From positions 34,071 to 98,070 of the forward strand of contig DATKWQ010000040.1 in NCBI GenBank assembly GCA_035529455.1: a stretch of 64,000 bases of DNA, in the 5' to 3' direction. The position numbers and the translations under genes were made by a program. Every line of letters begins with the position of its first letter. Within the stretch, counting starts at the first letter, position 1. This DNA comes from Thermoplasmata archaeon (GTDB lineage Archaea > Thermoplasmatota > Thermoplasmata > UBA10834). The notes below the pieces were generated by a model. That model worked only from the letters and a program-made list of their open reading frames with translations, had not been told where the DNA came from and ran no database searches. Shown piece after piece: positions 19,392 to 27,300 of the stretch.

Positions 19392-19477
19392 GCCCCGGCC
19401 GTAGAATCGCCGAACGCAACGATCCATCAGATCGTACGGGTATTCACCCGTTGCAGGTTCGACTCCCGCCCGGGGCG
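19392..19477 (+). ncRNA. tRNA-like element (7-bp acceptor stem GCCCCGG/CCGGGGC, canonical T-arm GCAGG-TTCGACT-CCCGC, anticodon-like and variable hairpins, no convincing D-arm); possible pseudo-tRNA or att remnant
   Basis: Hand folding. Perfect 7-bp acceptor pairing; GTTCGACTC matches the GTTCRANYC T-loop consensus; a 5-bp stem with a 7-nt loop (CCATCAG); an extra 6-bp hairpin. 86 nt, no CCA. Not confirmed as a functional tRNA. Confidence 0.25.
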
Positions 19478-19576
19478 CTCACCTTCAGCCATAAAAAGCG
19501 GTTCTAGGCTATATCTATCTTTTCAGGAGAAATCGCGCTTTGATAATGTCTGCTGGCTCTGGGATAGCCAAGGATT

Positions 19577-19596
19577 CGCCCCTATGGCCTTTTCTC
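19577..19596 (+). repeat. Copy 6 of the direct repeat (CGCCCCTATGGCCTTTTCTC)
   Basis: Immediately downstream of the stop of the minus-strand gene 19605..20324. Confidence 0.8.
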
Positions 19597-19604
19597 AAAT
19601 TGAG

Positions 19605-20324
19605 TCACGCCGAAGACTTCACTCCCTGCTGCATTCGTCGCGCGACCATGAATAGGACAATGGACACACACACCCAAGCGACTAAGCGTAGATCGTCAGC
19701 TAAGCCTTGAAGTCTCAGCCATCCTTCCGTGTCTAGGTCCGTTTGTACTTCCATGAAGAATAGACGCAGGCCAAATGCTGTTGTTACACAGGCAAGTGAG
19801 AGGATAATCAAGAGTCTAATGCGTGAGAGTGAAAGATGGGCCAGGCATACGGGTTTCATGCCAAATCTCTGTTTCATCAGACTGCCATGGACCAACAACA
19901 AGATTGCCAGGACAACGCATATTTCGCCAATCAGCATAGAATAGAGGTAAGCTTTTCCGAGATGGTTCATCAGGGTTATGTCGTCAGAATCACGAGAATC
20001 CCAAGGGTTTGTGAAATGATCGATGGTTAGTTCATTGTAGTAGACGCAAAATGCGAGAGCCATAACAAAAAGCACGACGCCAGCAAGAGCTACGATTGTC
20101 GCTGCTGTGTATTGGCTAAGTCCTATTGGTCTTCTCGGGGCTTGCGCCTGAATTGAGGAGAGATGTCCATTGGGGGCGGTAAGAACAGAGCTCATCTCCT
20201 CTCCGTTGCTCTGAGAAGAAGCATGCGGTTCTCTTAGACTCTCACCGCATTGCCCGCAGTATACGATATGTTCAGGATTCTCGTGTCCACAATTCGCGCA
20301 CTCACGCACCATTTCCTCAACCAC
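19605..20324 (-). CDS. Zinc-ribbon membrane protein (N-terminal CANCGHEN...CGQCG; 5-6 TM), hypothetical
   Basis: 239 aa. CxxC-x10-CxxC N-terminus followed by multiple TM helices. Same overall architecture as 15724..16050. Confidence 0.4.
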   Translation of the reverse strand: MVEEMVRECANCGHENPEHIVYCGQCGESLREPHASSQSNGEEMSSVLTAPNGHLSSIQAQAPRRPIGLSQYTAATIVALAGVVLFVMALAFCVYYNELTIDHFTNPWDSRDSDDITLMNHLGKAYLYSMLIGEICVVLAILLLVHGSLMKQRFGMKPVCLAHLSLSRIRLLIILSLACVTTAFGLRLFFMEVQTDLDTEGWLRLQGLADDLRLVAWVCVSIVLFMVARRMQQGVKSSA

Positions 20325-20338
20325 CGTGTAATAACCGT

Positions 20339-20359
20339 CCGCCCCTATGACCTTTTCTC
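20339..20359 (+). repeat. Copy 7 of the direct repeat (CCGCCCCTATGACCTTTTCTC)
   Basis: Between the start of 19605..20324 and the stop of 20381..20737. Confidence 0.8.
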
Positions 20360-20380
20360 AGGGCACTTGTGAGTATTGCC

Positions 20381-20737
20381 TCAGATTAGGTCTAGTTTCC
20401 TGCCAGCAATGATGTATGCAGCTAATCCCACGCATGTCGCAATCGATACCGCACCCGCAGTGTACCAGCCAAGCATTTCTTGGCTAGCGAGTCCAAGAGC
20501 CCAAATCGCCGCAAAGCATAACGCTCCTACGAATGGAAACAAGATAAACCATGACAAATCAAGAAGACGTTCCTTCACCGAGCCTTCCCCCCCGAAAGGA
20601 GCGCCTGAGGAAAACCACCTCGAGCCTTCCTTCTCGGAGACATATGGCGGTTCCACTTGGCTGATATTTGAGGCTGTGTGGAATCGTGACCCAATTCGGT
20701 CGGTTCTCTTCTGGGGGTTACTCTGAATAGTCGGCAT
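20381..20737 (-). CDS. Small membrane protein, hypothetical
   Basis: 118 aa, 2-3 TM helices. ORF-only support. Confidence 0.3.
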   Translation of the reverse strand: MPTIQSNPQKRTDRIGSRFHTASNISQVEPPYVSEKEGSRWFSSGAPFGGEGSVKERLLDLSWFILFPFVGALCFAAIWALGLASQEMLGWYTAGAVSIATCVGLAAYIIAGRKLDLI

Positions 20738-20844
20738 CTCTACATCACCGGATAGCCATTTCCTAGCGACGCCATTGGCTCACCCGCGTGACTACTATTC
20801 AAGTGCGCTGATGAAGTACCTTTCTATGGTCTTCCCATCCACTT

Positions 20845-20937
20845 CCGCCCCTATGGCCTTTTCTCTGAGAAATGGACGTGCGGCCGCCGGGCTGCGGACC
20901 CTGCGTCAGCCAGACTCCCTTTTTCTGATTTCAATCA
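20845..20937 (+). repeat. Extended repeat unit C (about 93 bp)
   Basis: Aligns with units A and B. Contains GTGCGGCCGCCGGG and CTCCCTTTTTCTGATTTCAATCA. Confidence 0.8.
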
Positions 20938-21001
20938 AGTGGCATTTCTGCCTGGGAATCCAAGGCAAGAGCTATAACGCTGAGGGCTTCTTTCGCTGTC
21001 A

Positions 21002-21208
21002 ATGACTGTCATTGCATCCTCCAGAGTCTCTAGCGAGGATCATCCTCGGATTCGCCAGAAACCCAAGAAGCACGGAGTGCCTCGGGTTGGATCGTGGGAG
21101 AATGTGACGAAAGCGAGCAGACTCTCGAAGCCAATGTCGTGGAAAGCCTGGATTATCATATTCACGCTGATTCTGCTGATAGTCTTCATCCTGAGTTGGC
21201 TTGCCTGA
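21002..21208 (+). CDS. Very small membrane protein, hypothetical
   Basis: 68 aa with a C-terminal TM helix. Weak. Confidence 0.2.
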   Translation: MTVIASSRVSSEDHPRIRQKPKKHGVPRVGSWENVTKASRLSKPMSWKAWIIIFTLILLIVFILSWLA

Positions 21209-21217
21209 TCCCCCCTT

Positions 21218-21236
21218 GGCCCTATGGCCTTTTCCC
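21218..21236 (+). repeat. Degenerate copy 9 of the direct repeat (GGCCCTATGGCCTTTTCCC), about 40 bp beyond the tRNA-Gly 3' end
   Basis: About 17/19 match to the core repeat. Closest copy to the tRNA. Confidence 0.6.
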
Positions 21237-21277
21237 CCTTGATTGACTGAAAAGACGACCTTGCTGGGTATGTTCAG

Positions 21278-21353
21278 TGGTGCGGCCGCCGGGATTTGAA
21301 CCCGAGTTCTGAGCTTGGCAAGCTCAAGTGATAACCAGCTACACTACAGCCGC
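21278..21353 (-). tRNA. tRNA-Gly (anticodon GCC), CCA encoded
   Basis: Minus-strand sequence GCGGCUGUAGUGUAGCUGGUUAUCACUUGAGCUUGCCAAGCUCAGAACUCGGGUUCAAAUCCCGGCGGCCGCACCA. 7-bp acceptor stem; anticodon stem UGAGC/GCUCA with loop UUGCCAA; T-arm UCGGG-UUCAAAU-CCCGG. 76 nt. Confidence 0.85.
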
Positions 21354-21384
21354 ATGCTGCAGAGGTTCAACACCGGTTTGCCAT

Positions 21385-22713
21385 TTATACCTTATGCGTC
21401 TCCGTCGATTCTCCCTCCACCTGTAGGTTGCCCTCCAGCCATCTCATAGCCTCGCCAACCAGGTAGAATGACCCTATGATACACACCCCTTTCCCATCGG
21501 CCTTCGATAGTGCCGTTCTGACTGCCTCACTCGGGGGTGTAACGGCCTCCATTGGCCCGCTGAATTCATCCCTTGCCAGCCCTAATAGGTCTGTCGCCTT
21601 CATCGATCGAGCTACGTCAACCTGGGTCAGGATCATGCGCTCTGCCGTTCCAGACAGCGCCTTGAGTATGCCTGAGGCATCTTTGTCGCTCATGCATGCC
21701 ACAACGTATGTGAGGGGCGTGAATCCGTGCTCCGAGAGTACGCGGACGGAAGCCTCAACGCCATCGGGGTTATGGCTGCCGTCGAGGATAATGATGGGCG
21801 TTCTGGACCAGAAATCGAGTCGCCCTCTCCATTCCACCTTCAGTAGTCCCGTGCGAATACGTTCCTCGGGAATATCATAGCCCATGTGCAGAAGCTCCTC
21901 GGCGATTGCCACCGCCATGGCGGCGTTCTCCATCTGGTGCTCTCCGATCAGCGGGATTATGAGCTTCTTCATCGTTCGTCCGCCGATGTAGTCGAACTCA
22001 GCCCCATCCATTGTCGTTGTGCTGTTCCCGAAGGTGAAATCCCTGCCGAGTAGCCTCAGCTCGGCATCTTTCCTGTCACAGGTTGCCTGCAGAATCGACA
22101 GCACGTCGCTGTTGCGTTCGCAGCTGGCCACGGGCACGCCCTGCTTGATGATGCCTGCCTTCTCCCTGGCTATTTCTCTCAAGGTCTTCCCCAGATATGC
22201 GGTGTGTTCGAGCCCTACACGGGTGATGCCAACGACCTCGGGGTTCACAAGGTTCGTCGCATCAAGTCTCCCACCCATGCCGACTTCGACGACCGCTATG
22301 TCGACCTCCGTCTCGCTGAAGTATTTGAAGGCCAGACCAGTCGTGAACTCGAAGAAGGTCAGCTGTTTCTCGCTGTCTTCCTTCGCCATTGACTCCATGG
22401 TTTCCTTTAGCTCATTTCCGATTCGGACGACGTCCGCTTCAGAAATCATGGTGCCGTCAACCCTGATCCTTTCCCTGAAATCAACTAGGTGTGGCGATGT
22501 GTACAAGCCCACCTTCAGACCGGCGTCGGTGAGCATGGAGGCCAAGAACGCACACACGGAGCCCTTGCCGTTCGTGCCAGTCACATGAACCGATTTGAAA
22601 TCATTGTGAGGGTCTCCTATCCTGGACATGAACTCCGTCATGTTGTCCAGGCCGAGCTTGATGCCGAACCTCTCAAGGTTGAACATCCATTGCACGAGGT
22701 CCTCATACGCCAT
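21385..22713 (-). CDS. folC: Folylpolyglutamate synthase / dihydrofolate synthase family (Mur-ligase fold)
   Basis: 442 aa. VTGTNGKGSV P-loop and TSPHLVDFRERI are characteristic FolC motifs. Confidence 0.75.
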   Translation of the reverse strand: MAYEDLVQWMFNLERFGIKLGLDNMTEFMSRIGDPHNDFKSVHVTGTNGKGSVCAFLASMLTDAGLKVGLYTSPHLVDFRERIRVDGTMISEADVVRIGNELKETMESMAKEDSEKQLTFFEFTTGLAFKYFSETEVDIAVVEVGMGGRLDATNLVNPEVVGITRVGLEHTAYLGKTLREIAREKAGIIKQGVPVASCERNSDVLSILQATCDRKDAELRLLGRDFTFGNSTTTMDGAEFDYIGGRTMKKLIIPLIGEHQMENAAMAVAIAEELLHMGYDIPEERIRTGLLKVEWRGRLDFWSRTPIIILDGSHNPDGVEASVRVLSEHGFTPLTYVVACMSDKDASGILKALSGTAERMILTQVDVARSMKATDLLGLARDEFSGPMEAVTPPSEAVRTALSKADGKGVCIIGSFYLVGEAMRWLEGNLQVEGESTETHKV

Positions 22714-22746
22714 CGGCAGGCACAGCCATCGCCGCCTATTAGAGGG

Positions 22747-23520
22747 TTACGAGGTTCGCCTTGCATCCAATGACTCTATCCAAGCACGCGAATTAAGCCC
22801 CTCCCTCTTCGCCATCCTCTCGATGGCCTTGGCGACCCCTGAGCTGTATTGCGCCGCCTTCTTAGGCCTGTCATACGCGGCTAGGCCGATCTCACGGGCG
22901 ACATCCCGTAGGATGAGCTTCCTTCCTTGAGGTCCGATCATGCGCGACAAAGGAATGGATGCCGCAGCCTCAAAGACCCCCTTCGACGCAAACGGAGCGG
23001 CAATGTGTTTATGTTCACAATTAGCATAATCGACCAATGAGTTAATCTCAGAAAGCGCCTTTTCGAGGTCAATTCGCATCAGATGCGTCGGGTCATGGAC
23101 CGACTCGTACTTGGCGTATCCCGCAAAGAGCTCGTCTGCCAAATTGCCGACGAGAATCGTCCCCTCGCGAGAGGCGTGGATCACGGACAGGAGCGGGATC
23201 GTGTATCCGACACGGACCGGGTCGTTGCTCCCCAGTACGGATACCGCTAATGCGGCAAGCCTTTTGACGTCAGCGTATGTCAGTTCCAGGATGTCAAGTG
23301 CGAACCCATCTGCTTCAGCGTGGGCGGGCGCGTTCCTCGCGTCGTGAGACCCTGGGGTGCATGCGGTGTAGCATCTGACGTCAGTCTCCCTCTTCGCCAA
23401 CGCGGCAAGGACGCTGCTGTCGAGACCTCCGGAGTATGCGACCGCCACCTTTGGATGGCCTGCTACAGCGTTGGTCACAGACCGTTCGATAGAACACAGC
23501 AACAGATCGACTTGCGACAC
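22747..23520 (-). CDS. PP-loop ATP pyrophosphatase, asparagine-synthase C-terminal-domain-like
   Basis: 257 aa. VAVAYSGGLDSSVLAALA is the SGGxDS PP-loop. No glutaminase domain. Confidence 0.55.
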   Translation of the reverse strand: MSQVDLLLCSIERSVTNAVAGHPKVAVAYSGGLDSSVLAALAKRETDVRCYTACTPGSHDARNAPAHAEADGFALDILELTYADVKRLAALAVSVLGSNDPVRVGYTIPLLSVIHASREGTILVGNLADELFAGYAKYESVHDPTHLMRIDLEKALSEINSLVDYANCEHKHIAAPFASKGVFEAAASIPLSRMIGPQGRKLILRDVAREIGLAAYDRPKKAAQYSSGVAKAIERMAKREGLNSRAWIESLDARRTS

Positions 23521-23702
23521 AGGAGATGTGAGAACCTGCCTGGTAGAAGAATATTGAGGTGTATTGGCGTCGCGTTCAGTCCGCCGTCGTCGCTGGCCAG
23601 CATAGGGCGGCCAGCCAGACGAGTACCAAAGGCTTAAAAAGAGCAGAGCTTATTTACCTGGTGGACAGCGTTCCGATAGCTCCAGGGATGGAGGATTGTT
23701 TG

Positions 23703-24245
23703 ATGAACGATGACGATCTGATGAAAGTCAAAGTGTGCTTCATTGGCGATGCTGGTGTGGGCAAGACCAGCCTTATAAAGAGGTTTGTTCTCGATGTCTT
23801 TGATGACCGCTACATCGCAACGATAGGGACGAAAGTCACCAAGAAGATCGTCGAAGTTGACGATGGTGGAAATGAGGTCAGAGTGATGATGCTCGTCTGG
23901 GACATCATGGGCCAGAAGGGTTTCCGCGAGCTGCTGCGCGAGGCGTACTTCTTCGGCGCGCATGGCGCCATTGCCGTCTGCGACTTGACGAACAAGGAGA
24001 CGCTCGAGGAACTCAGATACTGGATCAAAGCCCTGACGGACGTTGCCGGTGACGTGCCAATAGTCTTTGCTGGGAACAAGGCGGATCTTCAGAACGAGTC
24101 TGTCGTCAAGGAGGCAGACCTCAAGGACCTCGCTGACAAGTACGGTGCGGAGGCCTTCTTGACCAGCGCCAAAACCGGCCAGAACGTCGAGGATGTTTTC
24201 AAGGCACTCGGAGCAGCTATGGCGGCCAAATTGAACTCGCAGTAG
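23703..24245 (+). CDS. Ras/Rab-like small GTPase
   Basis: 180 aa from the ATG preceded by GGAGG at 8 nt; an alternative ATG is at 23688. All five G-boxes are present: G1 GDAGVGKTS, G2 Thr in YIATIGT, G3 WDIMGQ, G4 GNKADL, G5 TSAK. Confidence 0.85.
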   Translation: MNDDDLMKVKVCFIGDAGVGKTSLIKRFVLDVFDDRYIATIGTKVTKKIVEVDDGGNEVRVMMLVWDIMGQKGFRELLREAYFFGAHGAIAVCDLTNKETLEELRYWIKALTDVAGDVPIVFAGNKADLQNESVVKEADLKDLADKYGAEAFLTSAKTGQNVEDVFKALGAAMAAKLNSQ

Positions 24246-24353
24246 ACCGCTAGCCAGTACCCGTTCCCAAAGTTGATAACAAGCTGAGAACGCTTATAAC
24301 CCCAGCGGGGGCTATAAAAACATACGTTCTGCGCCATCGAAGGGCTTGCTCAC

Positions 24354-27300
24354 ATGAAAGAGGGACGGAAGGCGACTGAAGGCATATGCGCTCGCAACAG
24401 GGCGAGGACTATAGCGGGGGCGCTGGTGCTGATTCTCGCTGCGTCCCTGTTCTCCACGCAATACGGGATTACGAGCGAATCGTTGGCCGAGTCCATCCCA
24501 TCGCACGAACGACTGTTCCGCCTACACGAGGGAGACGCATCAGTCGTTTCGGACTACGATTGGCTGAATTCGTCCGCTGTCTACGACAACCCGACTCTGG
24601 ACTATGACGACGACGGTTATCTGGGAATCAGCATCAGGAAGAACCTGCCGTCCCAGAGATGGAGGCACTTCTGGGTCCTCTATCCAGGAGTGAACACGGA
24701 TATTCAGATTCAAGGCGACCTATCTGCACACATATGGGCGGCGTCCCAGGGAAATGAATCGGGGTCACAGATGACCATCATCTATTCTGACATGGCCCCA
24801 GCTGACTGGTACACTCCCAGCGCCTGGACTGAAATAGCACAATCCACCGTGCCCCTTGTCGGCCCTGACTACTCGATCTTCAAGCCATATGATCTGGTCG
24901 CGTCTGGCGTGGACTATGTGCTTCCCGTGGGGCATCACTTGGTTATTACGATTGCCAGGGGCGACTCGATAAACGATAGGCTTCTCGTCCTCTACGACGA
25001 TGATGACTTTGACTCCTACATACTCATGGACACTCCGACTTTCATATCTGTGGACGATGTGACGACGACCGACTCGCTCGGCGTTGAACAGTCCGTCTTT
25101 TCGGATGCTGACGAGGTCACCGTCTTGGCAAACGTCTCGAACCCGTTCGGGACCTACGAGATGCTCGATGCCGAGGTCGAGGTCGAGTATTCCAGCAACG
25201 GCACACCCGTCCTCGCGTCCACACCGATGCCAGTCCTTCGGGAGGACACTTCTTCGAATCCGTCCTGGAAGGTTTTCACGCTGGCAATCGGCCCTCTGCC
25301 GACCGGATCCCTCGTCATTACCGTCTACGCGGTTGACCCACAAGGCTCTCCCTCATGGATGAACGTCACAGTGACGGTCATTTCCGTGGACCACTTCGGA
25401 ATAGTCGTTCCGGACACGGTGACAATTATGGAGCCGTTCACGATGACGGTCACCGCCCTTGATGAGGCGGACGAAATCGTGACGGCTTGGTTGGGCACAG
25501 TCCAGCTTGATGCTTTCCTATCGGACCGGATTACGCCCGCGACAAGCGTGCTCGGCGTGGGCTCAATCCTCATTGCGGGCGTCGATCTCGGGCAGAAGAC
25601 GATCCTCGGTCAGACGTGCGACTACTCCGAGGAGACGATAGTCATAAGAGCCACCTCTGGGTCGCACCAGGGTTTCAGCCCCGAGATAGACATAAGAAGC
25701 GGCGCGGTTGTGAACGTGTCTCTGTCGCCTGAAGGGCCTTTAACCGTCTCAGCTGGCGCGGTCATCGAGTTCGATGCCGAAGGGACCGATTCGTTGGGAA
25801 TGCTCAACACGACTTGGTCTCCAGTCTGGACGCTGACGGGGTCGTTGGGCACCCTGGCGGAAGATGGCCTCAGCGCGACACTGAACACGATCTATGCGGG
25901 GAACGGATACGTGAACTGCACCAACCCCCTCACTAGCGCTTCGCAGAGCATTGCGGTCACGGTCGACCCGCTAGCTCTGACTTCCATCGTGCTGTCGCCG
26001 AACGGTTCCATCACCCTCAAAGAGAGGGAGTCCGTGGCGATATCAGCTACCGGCTATGATCTATACGGTAATGTACTCACCATCGGCAGTGCGATGTGGA
26101 GCACGACTACGACCGGCTCGATTGTCGGCACAGGGTCGTCAGCGACGTTCACCGCGGGTTACATACCTGAGACCGGCGTCGTGGAAATCACCGTTGGCAG
26201 CGTGAAGGCTTCGCTCGAGGTCGTCGTAGAAGAAGCACAGGACGGGCCATGGCTGACACCCATACCGACGCAGCTCGCCGCGGAGGACAGCAGCTGGCTC
26301 CTCAGCCTAGCACCTTACTGGCATTATGCAAATGGCACAGCGTCTCTCAGATGGCACGCCGAGAACGTGAACACGTCTCTGTACATGGTCCTCCATGACT
26401 CTGCGTCAGAAGCATACGTCAGCTTCCTGACACAGCCAGACAAGTTCGGTACGGATACATTCCGTCTGTGGGTGAGAGACGCGAACGGTTTCTCGACCTA
26501 CCAGGATATCGATGTGGTGATCCAGGCCATTCCCGATCCCCCTGTCTTCGTCAACTCACCTCCGACCGAGCTATATGTCAAGTTCGACACGCCCTACTCG
26601 TTCGATTACACATACTACATCAAGGACGTGGACACCCCGAAATCCAGCCTGCAGATGTTCTCGTCTCTTCCGAACAACGTCTACTTCAACCATGTCATTG
26701 GGACATTCATCTTCGGGGAACGCGACGGGAGGAACGCTTACTTCGAGATAATCACCATCACCGTAACGGACACCAAGGGCTTCGATGATCTGAAGGTAGT
26801 TGTTCGTGTCACAGAAGACACCCCACCCTCTTTGAGCGAGGAATTGCCAGATGTCGAACTCGACGAGGGTGAGACGGATCATTTCGCATTCGATCTGGAC
26901 GATTACTTCTTCGACATCGACAACGATTACCTCGTGTATACCTACGGGTTCGACAACATCGACATCTTCATCGATTCGATTTCGCACGAGGTCTACATGT
27001 CGGCGACGACTGAATGGTCCGGGACGATGGAGAACACATTCACCGCTGTCGACCCGATCGGTGCCCTGAAGACAGACACTATATTGGTGACGGTCTTCGC
27101 CGTGAACGACGCGCCGTCCTTCAGGAATCCAGGCACGATACACGTACGGTACGACTATGCGTACTATTTGACAGCCGCGATGTACGTTTCAGATCCCGAC
27201 CATTCGATTGACGAGCTTAAATTCTCTTTCAACACGCCCTACATCGACAACGAACCAGGCAGGCTGGTCCTCCTGTTCCCCGCTAGTCTATTGGGAGGGC

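Noticed and set aside
15718-21236. Considered whether the nine 21-bp direct repeats form a CRISPR array
   Set aside because: Spacing is 300-1250 bp and irregular. The intervening segments are protein-coding genes with start and stop codons. No cas genes are nearby, and the repeat lacks CRISPR-like palindromic structure.
15718-21236. Considered an integron-type cassette array with attC sites
   Set aside because: The repeats are short direct repeats, not 60-140-bp imperfect inverted repeats with RYYYAAC/GTTRRRY ends. No intI-like gene is in the island. The architecture is integron-like only in the loose sense of cassettes between repeats.
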